64,000 nucleotides of DNA, taken from assembly GCA_047495785.1 (NCBI GenBank), contig JBLDXI010000019.1, forward strand, positions 62,001 through 126,000, given 5' to 3'. The DNA is from Lepidodermella squamata. Lineage: Eukaryota > Animalia > Gastrotricha. The position numbers and the translations under genes are program-made. Below the pieces are notes generated by a model. The model made no database searches. It was given only the letters and a program-made list of their open reading frames with translations, and was not told the DNA's origin. This document shows positions 24,690-35,150 of this stretch, in pieces (position 1 is the stretch's first letter; every line of letters begins with the position of its first letter).

Positions 24690-27600
24690 ATGATTGGCTG
24701 TCTACAAGTTGGACCGACTTATTTCCTGATCCTAACGCTGGTTGCGCTGGCTAAAAACGCGTTTTCGGAAAATGTAAGTTCATGAAAGTACGAAAGGAGT
24801 ACTAATCAATATGGGTTGGTGAAAGTTTGCGTACCTACATAACTCATCGAGATCTATTCCCAGAAAAATCAGCAAGTTCGCAACCCTCACAGTTTGGGAG
24901 ATGCGCGTGGTGTTCAAATTAGTACCTGTTCAAAATTGTACCGGAGTACGGTAGAGAATTTATTAACGAGCCAAAACTAAAACGTAAAAAAAACGTGACA
25001 TTTAGCAGAGCGTAGTTTCGATCTACAGACCTCTGGGTTATGGGCCCAGCGCGCTTCCACTGCGCCACTCTGCTTGTCTGAATTTAATCGGATTTCCTCA
25101 TATTATCAAACAACTTGGCATACAAAGACTCTCCTATCCTCATCAAGAGACCCCCAAGACCACAGTCCCCCAAAGACTCACAGGGAATTCAGGAATTCTG
25201 GTTTTGAGCAATTGCACACATCCTTGAACCTTTACCAGCTTGAAGCTCGTGCCCAAATGGACCATCTTCTATGAATTCCACGAATTTCACATCAATAAAT
25301 GAAGTTTTCATCTGACCCACCTTTGGCTATTATGATATCTACTTTGAGGAGAACTAGTAGTGGATCTCGAAATATCTGTGAATCTACGAATTTTACAGTC
25401 CGGCTCAGTAGCTTAGTGGTAGAGCGTCTGTCTCGTAAACAGAAGATCGCGGGTTCAATTCCCGCCTGGGCCTAGTCTCTCTTTTATACTCCCTACTAGA
25501 AATATCAAGAGTGAAACAAGCAGACTTGATCATGTTTACTGAAGCTTCTAACGGCTGGAAGCAGTGGCGTGCTTCTGTAACTCAGCGACTTGAGAGCCGG
25601 GCTTGGCGAATGGGTGGCCGGTGGGAGCCCTGTCTGCGGATGTCACATGTCGATCGAGCGCCCCGTGTAAGTACGCCATCAACATGGTCGGTGCGGCGGA
25701 GGCCGTACTGCCCAGGTTGCGTAATGACACGTCAAAGGTCAGGTCCTGACGGAAGCAGCCTAACGATGTGCGTGGTGAGCGGTACCGGGACAGTGCTTGT
25801 GAATGTGCGCCGTAGTCAGCCCATCGGTTCACGCGGACCCAAATCTTTTTTTCTAATTTTTTCTAATTTTTTTAATTATTAAATTTCGTTGTTACTTATT
25901 TATTTTTTTATTTATTTTTTATTTTTTTAGATTGAAGGCTGCTCGTTGCCGAAAATTGAAAACGGCGCTTTGACTAACTTGAATGGCGAAAAATATGTCC
26001 TTCCTTCAGCCCCTTTTGACGCCCGGCTGCGAATTGCCTGCAAGCGAAATTTCGTTGTCCGGGGCTGGGGTCAATTTGTCTGCACCCGATCTGGCCGCTG
26101 GTCGCCCGAACCCGGTGACTGCAAACCCGGCCGGCGCCAGACCAGCTACCCTGAGGACTATCGGTACCACGTTGCTGAGTTATGGCTCAACAAAACTGTA
26201 TCCTACGAAATATCGCCGGAATTGAAGTCGGATTTCGCGACTAGCATGACGCAGGCGATGAAACTTGTCGCAAGCAACACCTGTCTATCTTTTCGTGATA
26301 TCAGCAAGGATCGCCTACCCGACGGCCTTGTTCGAATCCAGCCGGATGACAGTGGCAGCGAAAGGTGCTCAGCCTCGTTTGGCAAGGCCCCCGAAGGCCG
26401 GCAAACCATCGATTTAGCTTCCTCTTGCTTCTCAGATTCAACCCAAGTTTATTTTACGCTGTTATCAACTATCGGCCTCGTTCAGGAACATCGCCGACCT
26501 GACCGTGATGACTACATTGAAATAGTTTGGGCTAACATAGCTGACAACGCGAAATTTTTGTTCGAAAAGCATCGAATAATCGACGAACGAATCGCAGCCT
26601 TGCCATATGAGTTCTCGTCAGTCATGCATTTCTCTGCTACGGAGTATGCTAAATCGCCAGGTCTCGTGACGATTCGACTGAGAAACAGCACGCAGTCAAG
26701 GTCGTTTGGCGGCAAGGTTCCTACCAAAACAGACTTCGATAAACTTAACGCTCTATACTGCGCTTCACCCCGGAATGATAACGAAGATCTTGGTACCTCA
26801 AGATCGCCAGTATTGCTAGCTGGAATGTCCTCAACGAGCTCTACTGTAACATCGACTACTACTACAACTACCAGGCCAACCACTACTACTAGTACTACAA
26901 CTACCACCACTAGGCCAAGCACCTTGAAAGTTGAAACCACGACCTTGAGAAGTACGACTACAACCCCAGTGCCAACAACTGTTCGATCGACTGCAGCCGC
27001 GACTACGACCTCGGTACCAACAACTGTCCGATCAACTTCAGCCGCGACTTCAACGGCAAAATTGACCACAGTTAGAATCCCTGAAACATCACTCGCTACA
27101 TCCTCTGTTCGGCTCGTTACGAATCAAACTCAGACCACGATTCTGCCACGAAACGGCTCAGTTACAACGCTGAAACCCACGATAGCTAGTACTTCGACGA
27201 TGAAGGCTGATGTTCCTTTAACTACAGTCAGGGCAATTCTTACAACGGTTTCGACTTCGCCGATGACTTCCACTAGGCCTTCTTTGCCATTGACAACAGC
27301 TGTAGTTACCAGCAGAGAGACTGAAACTTCTCGTCCGCGAGAAAACGTGACAACTAACTTAGTTCCTACTACGGTTGTAGGCCCGAGAAGCAACTATAGC
27401 ACTACGATTTCGGCCAGTTCAACCAAAGCCCCTTCTATGTTGACTACTAGAAGCTTCAGGCCTGATAATTCAACAATTAAATTTGAAAATTTTACTACAG
27501 CGAGCTCGGGAAATTTCATCAATATTACGACCAAAGCATCTCCAACGTCATCAACTCGATTTTTCGGGTTAGATATTGCAAATCCTGGCAATTCGTCAGC

Positions 27601-29446
27601 CACGACAAAAGCTGCTTTGATATCAACGCCCAGACCTGATAATGTCACAGTAATTGTGACCACCGCCGCAAATAAAATCTCAACAAAAAGTCCTGAGGGT
27701 ACGACCAGAGCATCTTTATTGTCAACAACTGCAAGCTTCAGCCTCAACAATGCGACCACAGCTTCTCCAAACAGGGCATTGAACCTTTCGACAACTTCAG
27801 CTGTTCCAGTTCGGACTTCAACTTCAGGGATTTCGACAAATGCCACCACTTTGAGAACTACGCCGATTACTACAACAACGACAAAGGTTAATCTTACCAG
27901 TCAAAGTCAAATGACAACAACGTTGAGGACTACAGCTGCCGTGCAAAATGTAACAACGACACCGTATTCCAGCACCGTATCCTTACTCTCAACAACCGGA
28001 AGACTCACCATCAATAATGCGACCATTAAATTCGAAAATTTAACGACCACGCCTTCGCCAATGCGGGCGTTTAACTCTTCGACAACTTCTGCTGTAACAG
28101 TGCGGGCTTCGACTTCAGGCATTTCAACAAATGCCACTACGTTGAGTACTTCAAAGCCTATGATGGCTACTACTACGGCAAAGGCTAATTTTACCATTTT
28201 GAATGTGACCAGTCAAGGCCAAGTGACAACAACGTCGAGGATCGCAACAACAAGCACTACGTTGAGGATTTTAGGCTTTATTTCAGCAAATGAATCCAAT
28301 CCGGAAGTTATTAACGCTACTCAGAGCAATCGAACTACTTCGAGATTGATTCCCAATTATTCTTCTACTTCCGCTCCAGTGAACGTTTCAGCAACTTCAA
28401 TGGGAACTACAACTTCAATTATTAATATTGCCAATTTAACGACTACTAATAGACGAAATTCATCAGAGCTAATGACTACGGCATCTCCCAGAAATTCTAC
28501 AACAACCCTCTATTCCGGGTCTACGTTTAGGATTAACGCTACTCTGGACAATCAAACGGCTACGACCACTATGGCTCCTCCGAAAAATTCAACGGTTTGG
28601 CTGAACCAAAATAATACAGTAGTATCGGTCCTGGAGCGAAAGCGAACTTCTCCCTATAGTGCCACTACATCACGAGCTGTAGTAACCACCCAAAAATGGA
28701 GCAATCTCACAAACATTTCGGATGCTACCATTGGAACATCGAAGTCTGTTTTGCCGCTTATTAACGTAACAACTTCTGCTGCTACTACAGCAAGGACGAT
28801 GACAACGATTCCGCCACGTAAAACGAGTGATTTGAATTCCACAATATCAAATGCCACAAGAACTCTGATACCAAGTCTTGCTACGAATCTTACGGGGCTT
28901 GATTCAGTTGGCAATTTTCGAGTTTCAACCTCAAAGCCTGCCAATCTTACGTTGAATCAAACAATCGCTGTAACTACATCAGTCATTATTCCATCAACAA
29001 CAGCTCGACCTTACTTCCCCAACCTAATGACAAACGCAAGTGTTGGCTTGACGACTCCGACTTCAAATTATTCGAAGCTGAATAGCACTTCCGGACTACG
29101 GCAATTTAATTCTACGACACTGCCTCCCATGAATAGAAATGATAGTATTGTTGGAGGCAATGATGAACTTCGTAACAAATCAAGTTCTAGTCTGGTCACA
29201 CGGCTGAATTCCAACTCAACTAATGTTCTACCTGTTACGACCATGAGCCCGAATAGAAACATGACTTTGGCTTCTCTGGTCAACTTGATGAACTCGACGC
29301 GAATATGGCTGGCTGGAGAAACAAATTCGACCTTGGCAGTGAAGATTCCGATTTCGAGAGGATACAATGAAACTGTAACTGAGAGAATTCTGTCAAATAA
29401 TACAACGGTCGCTAGTGAGAATTTCACATTATCTGCTAGATTTTGA
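24690..29446 (+). CDS. Secreted Sushi + inactive astacin-like + long Ser/Thr mucin protein (exons 24690-24773, 25931-29446)
   Basis: Signal-peptide exon ends AAT|GTAAGT; acceptor TTTTAG at 25930 in frame with 1166-aa ORF; EHRRPDRDDY, SVMHF; ~890-aa T/S-rich tail. Confidence 0.9.
25003..25074 (-). tRNA. Initiator tRNA-Met(CAT)
   Basis: AGCAGAGTGGCGCAGTGGAAGCGCGCTGGGCCCATAACCCAG...GATCGAAAC; A1:U72, three G:C anticodon-stem pairs, eukaryotic initiator T-loop. Confidence 0.97.
25357..25382 (+). promoter_or_regulatory. Conserved motif upstream of tRNA-Thr (also 49487-49512, 53112-53137, 59047-59072 on minus)
   Basis: GTAGTGGATC-x-AAATATCTGTGAA-like, at -45..-20 in all four cassettes while flanks diverge; function inferred. 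Confidence 0.5.
25402..25473 (+). tRNA. tRNA-Thr(CGT), cassette 1
   Basis: 72-nt cloverleaf; anticodon arm TCTGT-CTCGTAA-ACAGA; GGTTCAATTCC B box. Confidence 0.96.
25553..25846 (+). ncRNA. RN7SL: 7SL / SRP RNA, cassette 1
   Basis: ~294 nt; Alu 5' domain with UGU turn, TAAGTACGCCATCAACATGG, helix 6 with GGAG loop, CCAGGTTGC, helix 8 CAGG...AGCA, TGTGAAT, oligo-T terminator. Confidence 0.93.
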
Positions 29447-31685
29447 AACTAACTTGCGGTATAGAAAATTTTCGGTATTTAAATAAATATTTTTCTTCTT
29501 TATTACTTGTATTTTCGAGAAATAATTTCCTGTGGCTTTGACCTACTTTGCATTCGCATTGAAAACAGAAATTTAATTGCTGGATTGCGTTAATTTTCGC
29601 CAAACTGCGAGATGACCCACATTATGCAGGTCACGAAATTCTACCATCATTAAATTATTCACTGGGACTGAGGGCCATTCCAGTCCGTGTCTATGAACAC
29701 TCGTCCCAAGTTCCTCAAGATAATTTTTTCACGCTGAGCCTAAATTGAAAGGAATGTGCTCCGTGACTTTTCTTTAAAAAACGAAGAGCGACGCTTTATG
29801 ATAGCAACGGTTGCCAAGTTGCTGAAAAACTTGATTATTTCGCTTCCAATTTTTCTCCTCGGCGATGTGTCATGGTAAAGGCATTTTAGAAAATGGAGCG
29901 ATGGTGTTTGAAATCCTGATGATGCCCGAAATTATTCCCCATAAAGGCTGAATGACATACCTTTTATTCGAGTGCTTTGTATTTTCAAATTATTCATCGT
30001 TGCTGAGCAAATAGCAGCAGTATTTAGAATTTCCGGCTGAAATTTGCGGCAGCAGACAAGAGCTCGCAGTGTAAATCGCATACAACAACAATTCATATGC
30101 ACAGCTAAATATTTTGTTTTTGTCCACTTCATTACTCGAGATTAATGATAACATTTTTATTAGGCGCATCGAACCAGGTTTTGAGTCACCCCGCAATTGC
30201 AGCAGGATGCGCAGCAAACGATGCTTGACTAAATCGCAATAAAATGGAAAAGAAATCACGGGAAAAAGATACAACGAAACAATGAAAATCAATATTTGTA
30301 GGCCAAACAAAGGAAGCCGTATTGCCAAGTACTACTCGTCGGTCAAAAACAGTCGAAATTGCTTGTAATTTCCTGCCGCATTCTGTATTTTCATTACAAA
30401 TACATAATATAAATCTTACCTTTTCACTCTTACAAATAGTTTGTAAAAAAAACGCGACATTCTATTTTGCACTTTCATAGCGGAAAAACAATCAATTAGT
30501 TCGCGGCTAAATGTTACCAGATAGCAGCCCAGCTTGTAAATGTATCATGAGAATTTTATTAAATTATTAGATCGCGAGTAATACGATCGTTTTTTTCGCA
30601 ATGTGATAAGTATTGTTCGTAATGAAAAATATTCGAATTATCGATCATTTTTATTGTCCGACAAACACACTCCAGGGATCAAATGGCTTACAATACTGTA
30701 GAGCTGAAAATATTTCACAGCAAACATCCTCATGGATTTTTCGCGCGCGATACACACGCGTCAATATATATATGTCGAAATTTCTATGTTTTCACTTGCA
30801 ATCTACCCTATCCTCATTTTCGATGCATTTTTTAGTCATGCGTGAGAGAAACAAGGCATAATTACACATGCCACGCTATGAATTTTAGGAAATTATAGCA
30901 CCTGAGATGGTTTTTTTTGTATTTTAGACCTCTTTAATGTATCAATTACCAGCACGACCGGTTTTTAGCTCGCAATAACAACATCGCAATACCGGCAATT
31001 ATCGAGTGTTTTTTCCGTCCGTCAAGGCGAAGAAATTCGGCGGCGGGTGCGAAGTCGTTGGAGAAAAGAGCGGCGCTTGTGCGCGCACGGTGCGCGCTTT
31101 CACAACGCGCTGTATATCGAAATAATATACCACGCGCGTAAAAACACACACACAATCACCAAGTGCATGCAAAATTTCGCAAATGACGGCCGCTCGACGT
31201 TCGATCAGTACGCTGCTAAAAACAAGGCAAGTGTATTCGATAATTATTGCCCATATATATTTTTTCAGTTTTTTCGCAGCGCTATTTATTGTTTGAAGTA
31301 TTGTTATTATTACTTTTTCCGCCATTATAATAGCCGCCTATACCCGAACCGCCCTGGCAACCAGCGCGCAACCAACCGCGGCGAGTAAATATTACTTACA
31401 TAGATGACGCGCGACGAAAGTTTGCCTTTTATTATTTCGAACTGTGCACGCGCAGCCACGCGGCGCTCCCTCGTCAATAATGCGATTCGGCGTGTCCTCC
31501 TCCATAATATTATTCATAATCCGCCATTGTAAATTTGTAGGAAAAAAAACCGCGCGCCATAAAGGAACGGCGCGCAATTCTACCCGCGCCTCTCGTTGTC
31601 ATTTTTGAAGACGCGCGAGGGACGTTGCCGCTTTAAAAAAATTTGAATTTTTTATCACTTCCTCTGTCGAAAAAACTCGACGGCC

Positions 31686-33893
31686 ATGGCCGATAAAGTC
31701 GAATTCGTGAAACAGTTTTGCGAAAGCAAGGGCAAATCGCTGATAGAAAGTGCAAGCAACGCGCTGCCCGCTTCCATTAACGGGTCTATTTCGAACGTCA
31801 TAACAACGGCTAATAACGTTATTTCAAAAACGTCTAGCCGCGAACGCCTGGCGATGCAGCAGGCCGAGTACGGCTTCAAGGTCGTCATGGTCGGCGATTC
31901 GGCGGTTGGCAAGACGAGCGTGTTGAACCGGCTGACGGAGAATTTTTTCAACAACGCTTTCACGCCGACTATCGGCATTGATTTCAAGCTGCAAGTGTTC
32001 AGCATCGATGGCAAGAAGGTGCGCCTGCAAATTTGGGACACGGCGGGCCAGGAGAAGTTCAAATCGATAACAACGAGTTATTACCGAAGCGCTGATGGCG
32101 TTATACTCTTCTACGACGTCAGCGATCGCCGGAGCTTTCAAAACATGGAGAATTGGATGAAATCTGTTGAGGAGGTGGGTTACGCCTACCCTAAAATATG
32201 TCAGTTGTACCTAATTAATAATTGATAATTATTTATAGTGCTGCAGTAAAACTGCCGTTAAAATGGTGATTGGCAACAAATCCGAGCTATACGAAACCCG
32301 TCAAGTGCAGCCTAATGAAGGCAGAGCCGTGAGTATTTGCTTAAAATTAAATCCTAGGTTGAATCTTTTATTATCCGAGGATTTTGATTAGGTCGCGTAA
32401 ATAACAAGACAGCAAAATTGATCTCAAAATTTTCAAATGGTTTTGATTATATAATTGCCCTTTTCTGGTCCTTACCATCATTTCCCCTGGAACTCGGAAT
32501 TTTCAATTGAAACAAGCTGGGCAAACCCTAAATTTACGGTTCCAGCTGTCGGTCCAGCTGTCCTCATTGGTTTTCTATACTGGCAGTTTAGAAACCTTGC
32601 TGAAGGTTATTCTGAAGTTTCGCGAGATCCAGGTGGAACAAAATATCATAGGGATCGTTGTGATCGATTAGGACAGAATAGCAAGCTACCCATCCTGATC
32701 GCCTGATCTCAAAACCTGCCCTTTAACGGATATTTCAATTTCCCCAAAATAATCATGAATTTTTGTCACCAAGCAATTTCATCCGGGGCCAGGGCCTCCT
32801 TTTTGATACACCTTAATTTTGGTCGCTCTCGAGGTCTACTCCAAGTATCATCCGGCGGCATCGCATCTGGCTTGCCAACCTTACGGTTTATGCTCAAAAT
32901 TAGGTATTTGACCTACTTATCTTGTATACAAGATATTCTTCATTTCGGGTCTCATGTCGATATAGGAAAAAATCATGAGTGAATGATTTAAATCGATAGA
33001 TGAAATCAGCTCCCAGGCTGAACTATGGCTTCTAATGAACCGGCCTTCGGAAAGTTCAAGGGTTCACCAGAGCTAAATTCTGCAGATATCGTTGATTGGG
33101 AGCTTCGAAGAAACGAAGGGAATTATTTGTGGGGTATTTAGCCTTGAGGTGCGGCGACAAAACAGCAACTTCGCGAAACAGCTAATGCGACAAAACAGCA
33201 ATTTTTTATTTCGCGACAAAACAGCGAAAACTTAATATGTAAAAGATGCATCGTGTTTCTGCTGTTTTGTCGCGTTTGCTGTTTTGGGTATTTGCTGTTA
33301 TGACGGTCTGAAGTATCGAATTTGGGTAACTTTTAGGCTTTAACTTCTTTAAATTCTTTAACTTTAACTTCTTGGACTAGTGTGCTTAAAAATTGCAGTG
33401 AAATTTCCGAAATATATATTGAAAATCATAACATTCTGTAAGATGAAAAGGTACTAATGAGAACAATTTTTCCAAGTAAATTTGCAAAATAAATTGAGAT
33501 TTTGTCATTTTAATCTGTTTTTTCATTTCTGTTTGAAACGGGTTGACATCCATTGATAGTTTATAAGTGCCTTTGTACCATCGGTTTCATCTAAATTCAA
33601 AGTCGAATAAATCTGACGGTGCTAGGAAACAATTTACTCAGTGAAAAAGTCTCATGCCCGAATTTGTATTTATCTTCCAGTTTGCGAGCGAGCATGAAGC
33701 TATTTTCTACGAAGTGAGTGCGTCGACGGGCGTCAACATCGCTGAAGCTTTCACGGAGATAGCGCGGACTTTGAAACGGCGGCGCGACTCAGCCCAGGCC
33801 GATGGGCCCATCGCCATCGACAATGCATCGGTTCTACTCGACGAAGCTGACGTGCAACGAAATAAATTAACAAGTTGCTGCAAATTTTTATAG
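31686..33893 (+). CDS. Rab GTPase of the Rab8/10/13/15-like group with N-terminal extension (exons 31686-32174, 32239-32328, 33681-33893)
   Basis: GDSAVGKT, TIGIDFK, LQIWDTAGQEKF, YYRSADG, GNKSE, EVSAS, C-terminal CCKFL. Confidence 0.92.
33153..33300. repeat. Intronic GCGACAAAACAGC direct and inverted repeats (MITE-like relic)
   Basis: Three direct copies, then inverted GCTGTTTTGTCGCG and partial copies. Confidence 0.6.
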
Positions 33894-35150
33894 CTATATT
33901 TATATGATATCAATAAGTTATGCGTGCAAAATTATGGCCGTTATTTTTGTTAAATCCAGTCAGCCTCTCTCTCCATGATGTTGTTTCCAATCGCAAAACG
34001 CATTTCATCATCGAAGCAGAATGTCGAAATTCGAATTGACCGTTAATAATTCATAAAAATAGCTGCGTCTTATGTGTGCTAAAAATGTTTATTTTGGAAC
34101 GAAATTGTTGAAAGAAATTCGCATTTTACTGCCTTTAATTTTTCGCCGCTCCGTCACGATGAAATTTGAATAAAAACATAACTTCAAAAATCAACTTTGT
34201 TAGATGCTTTTCCGGATCTGAAGTATTTTTAGGGTTCCAACACTAATTTTGAGACTACAGCGCTAGATTTCCACTAAATATGGTTTTTCGAGTTTCACAT
34301 CTTCACTAGAATCTAAATTTTCTGCTGTCAAGCCTAGCCGATAGCGTATTTCGCGCTATAAGTTGTCAGTTTACGAGTGATACTTCAGCCAGCAGAGCCG
34401 TATTCGATTCAAAGTATCGGTTTTACAAATCAGTGATTTTTCCGATATCAGCCGTCTTGGAACCCAACAAATTCTCTACGTAGCTTGGGGCGCCAGGTAG
34501 GTGACATAAGAAATCCTAGGTTCAGGGAGGTTTCAGTATCGATCAAAGAACGAAAACGCCGAAATCGTAAAGAATCTGAAAATATATCGCTTCAATTTAG
34601 TGTTGAAACCTCATTTTTAGTTAGGCAATTATTTTGACCCAGTTTTTTTCCAGCAGCTTTCATGAGATCCGAAAGCAGCCTAGGACAGAGGTGAGGGGCG
34701 TCACTTGACGGAAAACTTAGTTGCGAATTCAGACCATCTTGAAGCCAGGGATCAATTGCAATTTAAGTAAAAAATATCGATAAATCAATCAATCAAAAAT
34801 CTGAACAAATCAATCCTGAAATATCTGAAATCGCCATATTCTTCAGCACCATCGATTTACTAGTAGTTCTAGCCCATTTCGGGTACTCTGAAAGACTTCT
34901 GCTTGAAAGAGGCATCGAAATTTTCAGTGCATCGGAAAAACCTTTGCCCATATGGCAGCCCAAATTGACGATATTAACCACATTGGCCAACCCAATTGTC
35001 AAACTGAATACACATGGGTTTTCGGCCATGGCGAATCTTTATTTTTCAAAATCAAGACATCACCAACTATCACGGTTCATAAAAAAGCCATCAGAAATAT
35101 ATTAAAGTATGTAAAAATCGATAAATCAATCACCGAAATATTATCGATAA

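Noticed and set aside
24145-24952. Possible inverted repeat CCGTACTC..ACAATTTT / AAAATTGT..GAGTACGG enclosing the signal-peptide exon
   Set aside because: Too short and gapped to support exon capture by a transposon
25357-25852. Cassette as a tRNA-7SL chimeric SINE
   Set aside because: Both RNAs are intact and full length, upstream DNA is co-duplicated, there is an internal T4, and no A-tail or TSD is visible
25511-25882. Repeated 94-135-aa ORFs (also at 49641, 53281, 58505 and their antisense partners)
   Set aside because: They are translations of the GC-rich 7SL RNA; starts and ends differ between copies
26203-29427. Val-rich minus-strand ORFs
   Set aside because: Antisense shadows of Thr-rich mucin codons
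30950-31650. CGCG-rich region with several short ORFs
   Set aside because: Best explained as the Rab upstream region; ORFs lack coding character
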